Assembly: GCA_041497675.1 (NCBI GenBank)
Contig: JBGQGY010000092.1
Coordinates: forward strand, 1 to 15,805
Length of the DNA stretch: 15,805 nucleotides
Direction of reading: 5' to 3'
Source of the DNA: a bacterium
GTDB taxonomy: Bacteria > Sysuimicrobiota > Sysuimicrobiia > Sysuimicrobiales > Humicultoraceae
A program made the position numbers and the translations under genes. The notes under the pieces were generated by a model that saw only the letters and a program-made list of their open reading frames with translations, made no database searches and was not told the DNA's origin. This document shows positions 1 to 8,184 of this stretch, one piece after another (positions within the stretch are counted from its first letter, which is position 1; each line of letters starts with the position of its first letter).

Positions 1-150
1 GCGTTTGCCAAAGACGTGCTGCACCGGCGCGGGGTGATCCGAACGAAGGTCATCCGTGACCCGCAGCCCGCACCGTTGGACAAGTGGGATCTCGCCGACG
101 TCGATCGATACTTGGATCGTCTACGCCCGGTATTGATTGGAGCAACCTAG
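1..150 (+). CDS. C-terminal fragment of a probable dihydrodipicolinate synthase (DapA/NanA) family protein; 5' end outside the window
   Basis: Frame 1 is open from base 1: AFAKDVLHRRGVIRTKVIRDPQPAPLDKWDLADVDRYLDRLRPVLIGAT, TAG at 148-150. The K-x-x-L-x-RRG-(V/I)I...R-x-P...LD pattern resembles DapA-family C-termini. Not in the ORF track because it has no start codon here. Confidence 0.6.
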   Translation, partial: AFAKDVLHRRGVIRTKVIRDPQPAPLDKWDLADVDRYLDRLRPVLIGAT

Positions 151-176
151 CGCTCGTCCCGCCGAGATTGTGCAAC

Positions 177-2324
177 TCAGTCCGGACGTACTCGAGCCAT
201 CTGCTCGGTCGCTCCCGCGCTGAGGCGCCGGCTCACCGCATACAGGGGGACGATGACCACAATCAACGACGCGGTGAGCAGGGAAGCCAGCGCCGAGCCG
301 CGCCCTTGGCTCCCGTACTCGACGTACGATAGGATCTGCGTGGTCGCCAGGTTGCTCGCCGGCGTAATCAGGAAGATCACCTGGCTCACCGCGGTCATGG
401 CCCGCACGAAGGCAAAGACCAGCCCGGAGAAGAGCGCCGGCCGCACCAGCGGCATGACGATACGCCGCAGCGTTGTGGCCGAACCGGCGCGCAGTAACGT
501 CGACGCCTCCTCCAGCGATCGATCCACCTGGTGGATGGCCGCCACGCCCGCGCGGATCCCGACCGGCATGTTCCTGAAGATGAATGCCATGATGATGATC
601 AGCTCGGTCCCGGTCAACAGCAGGATCCCGTTGTTGAACGCGAGGATATAGCCGATCCCCATGACGGTCCCCGGGACCGCGAACGAGAGCATCGCGCTGT
701 ACTCCAGCGCGCGGCGGCCCGGAAAGTCGACGCGGGTCACCAGGTACCCGATGAGGAAACCGACAATGGCTGACGGCACGGAAGCGAGCGCGGCCAGGCG
801 CACGGTGGTCCACAAGACGCGCCAGCCGGTCGGCGAGAGTCCCCGCAGGTGCAGCAGCGTCAGCGTATTGTCCTCGCCCCACAACTTTGTGACGCTGCTC
901 ACGAACACCGAACCGTAGAGCAGCACGACGAGCGCCACCCAGATGAGGAAGAGCCCGGACACCGCGTAGTCGAGCGTGGGGGGCAGCGACCGAGGAGCCG
1001 CGCTCGACGGCCGGCCGGTGATCGTCACGTAGACCCGCCGGCTGATCCACCCCTGCTGGATGAGAAAAATCGTCAACGTGATCGTCAGCAAGACCACACC
1101 GTACACGGCCGCCTCGTGAGGATCGTACCGGCCGATGATGGCAAAGAAAATCTCCGTGGCGAGGAAGGGCGCGCCGCCCCCGACGATGATCGGGTTTCCG
1201 AAGTCCGCTAGGCTCTCGATCGCCACCAAGAGGAGCGCGTTCGCGATCCCCGGCCGCGCCAGCGGCCAGATCACGGTGCGCAGGATATGCCACCGCGACG
1301 CACCCAGCGTCTCGGCCGCCTCCTCCAGCGCCACGTCCATCGCCTGCACCACGCCCTCGAGGACCAAGTAGGCGATAGGCGTCGACGCGAGGATCTGCGC
1401 GAACGCGACACCGATCGGGCCGAAGAACACGTTGGTCGATAACCCCAGGACCTGGTGGGTCACGAAACCCCTCCGGCCAAACATGTAGATCATCGCCAGT
1501 CCCAGGATGAACGGCGGCGTGATGATGGGGAGGATCGAGAACGGTCCGAGCAGGCGCCTGGTCCGGAGCCGTGAGCGCTGACGCAACAGCGCAAACAGAA
1601 ACCCCAGCGTCGTCGAGACAACGCCGACAATCAAAGCCAGGAGGAGGCTGTTTCGCAGCGCCCCGCTTCCCAAAGAGAGGGCGGCCAGCGCCCAGGCCCC
1701 CGCGGCCGAAGCCGCTCCCCACCCGATGGCACGCCACCCGCGACCGGCGACCAGCAGCCCACCCGTCAGGAGCAGGCCTGCGCTCAGGCCAATGACCGCG
1801 GCGATCACCGTCTCGTTGTACGGCGTCGCGGGTCGGTTCAGCAGGAAGAACACTGGCGAATGCAGGGTGTTGACCGCGGCCGCCAACGAAAGGCGGCCGT
1901 TGATGACAACCGCGGCCTGCAGCACCGACCAGAGCGGGTACAGAATGAAGACCAGGACAAACGCGGCGGCCCAGAGGATGCAGGTGACGATGAAGGCATC
2001 GGCCCGGAACGTCCCGGAGAGGGCCAGCCCGGTGCCGAGGACAGCCAGGAAGCCCAGGACGCCAACGAGCGGGCCGGGGCCCAACGGACGTGCGCTCAGG
2101 ACGAGATAGGCGACGACAAGCGCCGCGCCGACGATCCCGGTGAATAACGCGGCCCTGCCCCGCTGGGCCTCCCCGCGGGGCACTAGTCCGATGACGACCG
2201 TCGCCACCGCGGAGCCGACGGCGGCCGCCACCAAGGGAGATCCACTCAGGAGCGCCAGCCCTGTAGTTCCGGGCGAGAACGTCAGCAGCTCCCGGCCTTC
2301 GCGCGCCCAGGGCAGGAGCAGCAT
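177..2324 (-). CDS. ABC transporter permease, FbpB/AfuB (iron/sugar-phosphate) type, with two fused TM domains; true start probably upstream (possibly CTG at 2396)
   Basis: 715+ aa hydrophobic protein with two EAA loops (LEEAAETLGAS; LEEASTLLRAG) and LPIITPPFILGL / ESLADFGNP motifs. Lies directly downstream of its binding protein. The frame stays open upstream of ATG 2324. Confidence 0.93.
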   Translation of the reverse strand: MLLLPWAREGRELLTFSPGTTGLALLSGSPLVAAAVGSAVATVVIGLVPRGEAQRGRAALFTGIVGAALVVAYLVLSARPLGPGPLVGVLGFLAVLGTGLALSGTFRADAFIVTCILWAAAFVLVFILYPLWSVLQAAVVINGRLSLAAAVNTLHSPVFFLLNRPATPYNETVIAAVIGLSAGLLLTGGLLVAGRGWRAIGWGAASAAGAWALAALSLGSGALRNSLLLALIVGVVSTTLGFLFALLRQRSRLRTRRLLGPFSILPIITPPFILGLAMIYMFGRRGFVTHQVLGLSTNVFFGPIGVAFAQILASTPIAYLVLEGVVQAMDVALEEAAETLGASRWHILRTVIWPLARPGIANALLLVAIESLADFGNPIIVGGGAPFLATEIFFAIIGRYDPHEAAVYGVVLLTITLTIFLIQQGWISRRVYVTITGRPSSAAPRSLPPTLDYAVSGLFLIWVALVVLLYGSVFVSSVTKLWGEDNTLTLLHLRGLSPTGWRVLWTTVRLAALASVPSAIVGFLIGYLVTRVDFPGRRALEYSAMLSFAVPGTVMGIGYILAFNNGILLLTGTELIIIMAFIFRNMPVGIRAGVAAIHQVDRSLEEASTLLRAGSATTLRRIVMPLVRPALFSGLVFAFVRAMTAVSQVIFLITPASNLATTQILSYVEYGSQGRGSALASLLTASLIVVIVPLYAVSRRLSAGATEQMARVRPD

Positions 2325-2415
2325 CCCCGCGCCGGTGAGGCTTCCCCAGGTTACCAGCGTCAGGTTTGGGACGAACTTCGGGCCCGGTGCGCTCAGCGGC
2401 CCCGCCTTGCCTAGA

Positions 2416-3435
2416 TTACCTGGGCGCCGTGGATACTTCGGCGTCCCACCGCTTCAGCAGCCGCTCGCGGACATCGGGGGTGCCGAACTTCTTGTAGTCG
2501 TACTTGATCACCTTCGCGTCTTCAAACCTCGGCACGAAAATCGGCACGGGGGTATTTGTGTTCGACGGCACGTCGAAGCTCAGCGCCCGGTGCCCCAGGG
2601 ACTGGGCCTCGGGAGTCAGCGCCCAGTCGATAAACCGGATAGCGTTGTCACGGCGCGCCGAGCCCTTGATGAGGCTCAGCCCGCCAATCTCCGCCGCGAC
2701 GCCGTCGGACGGCGCCACAAACCGGATCTTGAATCCGCTCACTTTGCGACCCGCCACATCGTTGGCGAAGCTGACGCCAATCGCCACTTCGCCTCGCCCC
2801 GCGAGCAGGCTGGGGGCGCCGCCGCTTCGCGTGTACTGACCCACGTTCCGGTGGACCCGCTTGAGAATGTCAAATGCCCGATCCTCGCCGTAGATCGACA
2901 CGAGGGTCGTGACGAGGAGATACCCGGTGCCGGACGTGCCGGGATTCGGGGTCGCGACCAGGTTCCGATACCCGGCATTGGCCAGATCGGTCCACTTTTC
3001 CGGGGGCGCGAGTTTCTTGTCGGCCAGCAGCGCATCGTTCACCGCCAGCCCGTGCAGTCCCGTGTACAGCGGGATATAGCTCCCATCGGTCACGCGCGTC
3101 AGTTCGGCACGCAGGTCCTTCCATGCCTTTGGTCGGTAGAACTCGGTGACCCCCTCCGCCGCGGCCACGAAGTGGGGATCGCCGGTGCCGCCGAACCAGA
3201 CGTCGAAGGTCGGATTCTGCCGCTCCGCCCGCAGACGGGCCAGTGCTTCTCCTGCGCTCAGCCGCAGGTACTCGAGCTGGATGCCCGTGCGCGAGAACTC
3301 GCTCTTCACGAGTTCGCACCAGTCGGGATCCGGGCTGCAGACAACGACCACCCTGTTGTCGGGAGCCGCCGCAAGTCGCCCGCTCAGGACGATGGGAATA
3401 GCCAGCATCAGGAACAAGACCAGGACCCGTCGCAT
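2416..3435 (-). CDS. ABC transporter substrate-binding protein, AfuA/FbpA-like
   Basis: Signal peptide MRRVLVLFLMLAIPIVLSGRLAA; motifs FDVWFGGTGDPH, PNPGTSGTGY, EIGGLSLIKG, FIDWALT. GGAGGT Shine-Dalgarno precedes ATG 3435, preferred over TTG 3453. Confidence 0.92.
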   Translation of the reverse strand: MRRVLVLFLMLAIPIVLSGRLAAAPDNRVVVVCSPDPDWCELVKSEFSRTGIQLEYLRLSAGEALARLRAERQNPTFDVWFGGTGDPHFVAAAEGVTEFYRPKAWKDLRAELTRVTDGSYIPLYTGLHGLAVNDALLADKKLAPPEKWTDLANAGYRNLVATPNPGTSGTGYLLVTTLVSIYGEDRAFDILKRVHRNVGQYTRSGGAPSLLAGRGEVAIGVSFANDVAGRKVSGFKIRFVAPSDGVAAEIGGLSLIKGSARRDNAIRFIDWALTPEAQSLGHRALSFDVPSNTNTPVPIFVPRFEDAKVIKYDYKKFGTPDVRERLLKRWDAEVSTAPR

Positions 3436-3487
3436 CCGCGTGCACCTCCGCAAGTTGACTCGATGCCCGGCCGTAACTTCGGCCCTA

Positions 3488-3511
3488 TTCGCCAGCCGTC
3501 CCGCCGCTCCT
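3488..3511 (-). promoter_or_regulatory. Putative alternative-sigma promoter (AGGA-N16-CGAA) upstream of the AfuA-like gene
   Basis: Minus strand reads AGGA gcggcgggacggctgg CGAA tag, about 53 nt before ATG 3435. The same spacing recurs at three other upstream regions. Confidence 0.55.
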
Positions 3512-3534
3512 ATCCTGCTGTTCGCAGCGCCGCT

Positions 3535-4401
3535 TCAGACCCTGGGCTTCGCGCTTCGGGCCTTCGCCCGAGGTCGTGGAAAGGCCACGGGCAGACCATC
3601 CGCGTCGACCTGAAAGAGCCCCACGTGGTGTGTCAGCCCGGGCAGGCGGTATCGACCCAGGCTGCGGAAGTACATGCCGGCCGGCCCTGCCAACCCCACC
3701 GCCGCCCGCGCCTCGGCAGACATGACGATCTGTCCCCCACGGGCCACCGCGCACACCCGTGCCGCCGTGTGAACCGCGACACCGATGTACCCCAGATCGG
3801 TCAACGTCGGACGGCCGCTGTGGATGCCGACCCGAAGCCGGATCTCCAGATCCCGCCGCATGGCCTGCGCGGCGACCGCGCGCTGGATCGCGGCCGCCGC
3901 CTTGACGGCGTCCACGGCCCGCTCGAACACCGCGAAGAACTCGTCGGCGCGCGCGTCGATCTCCAACCCGCCCGTTTTGGACACGATTGCCCGAAGCAGC
4001 CCTCGGAGGTCCTTGAGCACATCTCGGTAGCGATCGCCCAAGCGATGGAGCAGCGTGGTCGAGCCCTCGATATCGGTCATCAGGAATGTCACGAAGCCTG
4101 ACGGGAGCGCCGCGGCCGTGCCCGCCGTGGCTTGCGCCTGTCCGTACGCGCGCTCGCTTTGTAGCTGCCCCGTGATGAACCCGACGGGCACGATGCCGTA
4201 TTTCTTCGCCGCGTTGAGCAGCCGCTTGCGGGCGCGCTCACGGGCCGTGTCGGTCTCGAAGGCCACCTGGTTGAAGCGGGCGAGCGCGTTCTTCACGTGT
4301 GCTTTGTCGTGGATTGGTAGCCGCTTCCGGCCGCGCGAATCGACATAGGCGAAGGCACTGGCCCGCAGGCGGGCCCGCTTGCTCGCGCTGAGAGGGGGCA
4401 T
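3535..4401 (-). CDS. Class III adenylate/guanylate cyclase-domain protein with an N-terminal DUF6582-like domain
   Basis: aa ~100-270 show cyclase motifs LPSGFVTFLMTDIEGST, ADEFFAVF, LRVGIHSG, GVAVHTAAR, GGQIVMS. aa 1-80 (SAFAY..RKRLPIHDKAHVKNALARFNQV...LLNAAKKYGI) match my recollection of the DUF6582 pattern. Confidence 0.88.
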   Translation of the reverse strand: MPPLSASKRARLRASAFAYVDSRGRKRLPIHDKAHVKNALARFNQVAFETDTARERARKRLLNAAKKYGIVPVGFITGQLQSERAYGQAQATAGTAAALPSGFVTFLMTDIEGSTTLLHRLGDRYRDVLKDLRGLLRAIVSKTGGLEIDARADEFFAVFERAVDAVKAAAAIQRAVAAQAMRRDLEIRLRVGIHSGRPTLTDLGYIGVAVHTAARVCAVARGGQIVMSAEARAAVGLAGPAGMYFRSLGRYRLPGLTHHVGLFQVDADGLPVAFPRPRAKARSAKPRV

Positions 4402-4407
4402 GCCGCA

Positions 4408-4416
4408 ACAATAACA
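4408..4416 (-). promoter_or_regulatory. Putative extended -10 promoter (TGtTATTGT) giving a leaderless cyclase mRNA
   Basis: Minus strand cgTGtTATTGTtgcggcATG: the hexamer ends 6 nt before ATG 4401, and there is no Shine-Dalgarno at normal spacing. Confidence 0.5.
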
Positions 4417-4435
4417 CGCTCTCTACCGAACACGT

Positions 4436-5443
4436 CTAGGTGGTCGCCCTAAAACCAAATGCCGGAAGCACGTCGGTCATCAAACGTTCCACCTGCCCCC
4501 GCTGGTCCCACGAACACGGCCGGAGGGTGATCTGCTGCATCCCCGCATCGAAATATCCGCGGAGTTGCTCGACGCACTCCTCAGCGGAGCCATATGCCGT
4601 CCACGAGTCGATGAATGCCTTCGGGAAATCCGTGTAGTAGTAGGCGTCCAGGAACTTCTTGGTTTCGGCGTACGCCGCCGCCTTGTCGGGATTGATATTG
4701 AAGTTGTGGTATAGACACGAACCAAGCTTGGTCGGGTCTCGCCCGGATTCTTGTGTGAAGGCTTGGAGCATGCCCCACAACTCGCGAAACCGCGACGGCG
4801 TCATCCGATTCGTCATCCATCCATCGGCGAGGCTGGCGACCCGGCGCAACATTCGCTCCACGTTGCCCCCGGGTGCCCCGTGTTTGTAGGTCGCGCTCGT
4901 CGGATTGTTGGCAATCCAGATCGGGCAGGGGTCCTGCACCGGCTTGGGGTCCAGGTTCACGTCTTCGAACTGGTAGAATTGCCCGCTGTGGGTTGCCCGC
5001 GTGTCCGACCACAGTACGCGGAGGACGGCGATGCCTTCCTCCAAACGCGCGACACGCTCGGCGCTCTTGATGCCCATCGTGCGATTTTCGAGCACAAACG
5101 TCGGCCCCTGTTGATCCGGGCCGCCGATGCAGACGGCCAGGAGCATCCGCCCGGAGGAAATCACGTCGAGGCTCGCCCACTGAAGCGCAAAGAGCACCGG
5201 GTGACGGTGCGGAAAACTGGCCAGGCATCCGACGCCCAGCCGGACGCGGGTGGTGCGCGCCGCCAGCGCCCCCAGAAGCGCAACAGTCTCCAGCCGCGCC
5301 TTTGCCAGGATGCTGTCGCCGATCCAGACAGTGTCAAAAACGCCTGACCGATCGGCTTGCGAGGCGAGGTCAAGAACCTCGGCAGCCGTGATGGCCCCCA
5401 AGAGCACCCCACGGTTGGGCAGCGTCAGCCCAAATGATGCCAT
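4436..5443 (-). CDS. LLM class flavin- or F420-dependent oxidoreductase (luciferase-like)
   Basis: FGLTLPN start, FDTVWIGDS, LGALAARTTRVRLG, LDVISSGRMLLAV, PKPVQDPCPIWI, RVASLADGW, GSAEECVEQL: typical LLM TIM-barrel motifs. Confidence 0.93.
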   Translation of the reverse strand: MASFGLTLPNRGVLLGAITAAEVLDLASQADRSGVFDTVWIGDSILAKARLETVALLGALAARTTRVRLGVGCLASFPHRHPVLFALQWASLDVISSGRMLLAVCIGGPDQQGPTFVLENRTMGIKSAERVARLEEGIAVLRVLWSDTRATHSGQFYQFEDVNLDPKPVQDPCPIWIANNPTSATYKHGAPGGNVERMLRRVASLADGWMTNRMTPSRFRELWGMLQAFTQESGRDPTKLGSCLYHNFNINPDKAAAYAETKKFLDAYYYTDFPKAFIDSWTAYGSAEECVEQLRGYFDAGMQQITLRPCSWDQRGQVERLMTDVLPAFGFRATT

Positions 5444-5453
5444 GACTGGTCTG

Positions 5454-6212
5454 TCAGTGCACTCGCTCGTAGTGCCAGCGCATGAAATGATGCTCGACGC
5501 GGCGCAGGAGCTCGTTGGCGACCATCCCCAGTACTCCCAGCAGGACGAGCCCTACGAAGAGGTCGGCGGTGCGGAATGTCCCGGCGGCGTAGGAGACAAG
5601 CCAACCCAGGCCTGCATAGGCCGCCAGCATCTCCGACACGATCACCGCAATCAGCGCTAGATTGAAGCCCAGCCGCAGTCCCGCCATCACGTAGGGAAGC
5701 GACGCCGGCAGGATGACCTTGGTAAAGACCTGTCGCCGGGTGGCCCCCAGCGACCGCACGGCTTTGATCAGGACGTTGTCCACGTTGCGCACGCCCGTGA
5801 CAACATTGACGATGATCGGAAACCCCGCATAGATGGCAGCCGTGGCCACCTTGGACGAAGTACCGAGACCAAATGCAAGGATGAGCAAGGGCGCCATGGC
5901 GATGATCGGCACTGCGTAGAAGGCGGCCAGGAAGGGCTCGATCACTTGTTCCACCTTCCGGTTGAGCGCCAGCAAGAAGCCGCCCAGAACACCCCAGAAG
6001 GCTGCAATGCCGAATCCCGCCATGACCTCTTGCAGTGTGACGACGGTGTGACGAAGCAGATCACGGTGCATGGCCACTAACCGTTTGGCGATCGTGGAAG
6101 GCGGGCTGAGGAACAGCGGGCTCACCACCTCCGCTCGAGCCGCCGCTTCCCACGCAAACAGAAACAGCAGCAGGACAACGGTGCGCCAGAAGTAGACGTT
6201 CGTCCTCATCAC
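5454..6212 (-). CDS. ABC transporter permease, NitT/TauT (SsuC/TauC-like)
   Basis: LSPPS, YAVPIIAMAPL, RSLGATRRQVFTKVILPASLP, VSEML..YAGLG motifs; start overlaps the ATPase stop codon. Confidence 0.93.
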   Translation of the reverse strand: MMRTNVYFWRTVVLLLFLFAWEAAARAEVVSPLFLSPPSTIAKRLVAMHRDLLRHTVVTLQEVMAGFGIAAFWGVLGGFLLALNRKVEQVIEPFLAAFYAVPIIAMAPLLILAFGLGTSSKVATAAIYAGFPIIVNVVTGVRNVDNVLIKAVRSLGATRRQVFTKVILPASLPYVMAGLRLGFNLALIAVIVSEMLAAYAGLGWLVSYAAGTFRTADLFVGLVLLGVLGMVANELLRRVEHHFMRWHYERVH

Positions 6213-6991
6213 CTTGTCAGCTGCTCGCGCGCCCTGCGCACCTCGTCGCGCAGCAGGGTCCAGACTTCCTCGTGCAAACGCGCAAAGGCCGGAGTGGCGC
6301 GAACGCCTACCACGTCGCGGGGACGTGGTAGGTCCACCGGGATGATGGCTTTCACGCGGCCCGGCCGCGCGGTGAATACCACCACCCTGTCCGCCAGCGC
6401 GATGGCTTCGGCCAGGTCGTGGGTCACGAAAAGGACGGTCTTGCGCGTGCGCTCCCAGATGGTCAAGAGTTCCTCTTCCATCAAGAGCTTCGTCTGCGCA
6501 TCAAGGCTGGCAAATGGTTCATCCATCAGTAAGATCTTCGGATCGAGCGCCAGTGCCCGAGCAATGCCGACCCGCTGGCGCATTCCACCCGAGAGTTCGT
6601 GCGGATGGCGATCCTCAAACCCCGTCAGACCCACCAACACGAGGAGATCTTGAGCGATACCGCGGCGCTCGGCCACGGCCATCCCGCGGAGCTCCAGGCC
6701 AAGCTCCACGTTCGCCTGCACTGTCCGCCAGGGCAGCAGGCCAAATTCCTGAAACACCATGCCTCGGTCGGGTCCCGGTAGGTTGACCGTCTCGCCGTCC
6801 ACGAGGACCCGCCCTGAGGTCGCGGGGATCAGGCCGTCAATGATGTGCAGGAGCGTACTCTTGCCGCAACCGCTGGGCCCGATCATGCTCAGGAACTCAC
6901 CGTCCGGTACAGATAAGGAAACCTCCTCAAGGGCCGCGACCTCCCTCTGCCCCGGGAAGACCATGGACAGCGTCTCGACGTGAATCGGCAT
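6209..6991 (-). CDS. ABC transporter ATP-binding protein, NitT/TauT (SsuB/TauB-like)
   Basis: Walker A GPSGCGKST, signature LSGGMRQR, Walker B LLMDEPF, H-loop VTHD; TGATG coupling with the upstream gene. Confidence 0.96.
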   Translation of the reverse strand: MPIHVETLSMVFPGQREVAALEEVSLSVPDGEFLSMIGPSGCGKSTLLHIIDGLIPATSGRVLVDGETVNLPGPDRGMVFQEFGLLPWRTVQANVELGLELRGMAVAERRGIAQDLLVLVGLTGFEDRHPHELSGGMRQRVGIARALALDPKILLMDEPFASLDAQTKLLMEEELLTIWERTRKTVLFVTHDLAEAIALADRVVVFTARPGRVKAIIPVDLPRPRDVVGVRATPAFARLHEEVWTLLRDEVRRAREQLTR

Positions 6992-7977
6992 CAGGGCAGC
7001 AGGTCCTTCCGTATCAAGGTGTTCAGCGGGACAATCCGCTCAATCTGACCGATGCGGATCAACCACAGCTGCGTTTCGATCATGCCTTTTTCATTGAAGT
7101 GGCCATCCTGAGTCCATATGCTGGACGCATAGTAGTCGATGGTCGTGCGGGCAACAGCTTCAGGCATCTGATGGATGCGTGCCGCTTCTCGAACGGCGCC
7201 CGCGCGGTCTTTGCGGATCTGCCTGATCGACTCAAGCGTCGCCTGGATAAACCGGCGCGCCGCGGGGCCGTTACGCTGTACAAAGTCATCGCGAAAGGCC
7301 GGGGTTGTGGGCTCCAAGCCCGGCGTCTCGTCCCGAGCCGTGGCTAGGACCCGGAGCGTTCCACGGATTACGCCCTCCGCCGCCAGTGGGTGCCAGGCCA
7401 CTGCGGCATCGAGGTCGCCCTTTTCCACTCCGGCCACCGCGGCGGGGATGCTCCGGGCTTGCACGAGGGTCACGTCTTCGTCCGCTTTGAGGCCGCTCTT
7501 GACCAGCATCGCCCGGGCCAGGAAGTCGGATCCGGAGCCGAAGGTCGTGATACCGACCTTGCCCCCTTTCAAGTCCGCCACGGCGCGAACGCGAGAATCG
7601 GCCTTGACCAACAGCAGGAAGATCGGATGGTCGGACAACTGGAATCCAGCGGTGATGTCGGCGCGCCCGCGGCTCTTCACCAAGGTCAGTGTGGAAAACA
7701 TCGTCGTCAAGAAGACGTCGATGTCCCCGGCGAGAAGCGCTCGGATAGCGTCGGCTCCGTTGCCAAAGTCGATCAGGCGCACGGCGAGTCCCGCCCGGCG
7801 ATAGATGCCCTGTTCGCTCCCGAACACCACGGGGAAGACGCTCATGTCACCTATGATCTTCCCAGCGCGGATGAGCCCAGGCTCCTGTGTGTAGCCGGGA
7901 GCCGGCAGCATCCCAAGCGCCAGGACCACGCATGCCAGAAGCGCACCGATCACTGGATGGAGTGGAACTCGCCTCAT
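6991..7977 (-). CDS. ABC transporter substrate-binding protein, SsuA/NMT1-THI5-like
   Basis: Signal peptide; ALLAGDIDV, DLKGGKVGITTFGSGSD, GDLDAAV motifs; first gene of the NitT/TauT operon; GAGGGGG SD upstream. Confidence 0.92.
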   Translation of the reverse strand: MRRVPLHPVIGALLACVVLALGMLPAPGYTQEPGLIRAGKIIGDMSVFPVVFGSEQGIYRRAGLAVRLIDFGNGADAIRALLAGDIDVFLTTMFSTLTLVKSRGRADITAGFQLSDHPIFLLLVKADSRVRAVADLKGGKVGITTFGSGSDFLARAMLVKSGLKADEDVTLVQARSIPAAVAGVEKGDLDAAVAWHPLAAEGVIRGTLRVLATARDETPGLEPTTPAFRDDFVQRNGPAARRFIQATLESIRQIRKDRAGAVREAARIHQMPEAVARTTIDYYASSIWTQDGHFNEKGMIETQLWLIRIGQIERIVPLNTLIRKDLLP

Positions 7978-8033
7978 GTCACTGCCCCCTCGATGATGAA
8001 ACGCTACTGAAGATGCGTCCCAGGCGGAAGCCG

Positions 8034-8082
8034 ATTGTAGAGGATGTCACAGCGGGTTTTCGAGAATGCGACAGCAACTCCT
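8034..8082 (-). promoter_or_regulatory. Putative overlapping promoters of the NitT/TauT-LLM operon: AGGA-N16-CGAA (8059-8082) and sigma70-like TCGAAA-N18-TACAAT (8034-8063)
   Basis: Minus strand ggAGGAgttgctgtcgcattctCGAAaacccgctgtgacatcctcTACAAT. Confidence 0.45.
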
Positions 8083-8184
8083 CCGGGGGCAACCGGCGGT
8101 GGAACGATGCCACTAGGTCCGCGTCCCGCCTCCAAACACTGGGCTCGCGCGCGATGCAGAGCGAGCGCGATCCTCCGTGATGAT

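Noticed and set aside
121..1737. 538-aa minus-strand ORF in an alternative frame
   Set aside because: Arg/Gly/Pro-rich off-frame translation overlapping the permease.
2140..4101. 653-aa + strand ORF
   Set aside because: Antisense shadow across three well-supported minus-strand genes; no recognisable motifs; such ORFs are common in high-GC DNA.
3535..4401. Cyclase as a Pycsar or CBASS defence system
   Set aside because: No neighbouring TIR, TM or cNMP-binding effector, and the flanking genes are metabolic transporters.
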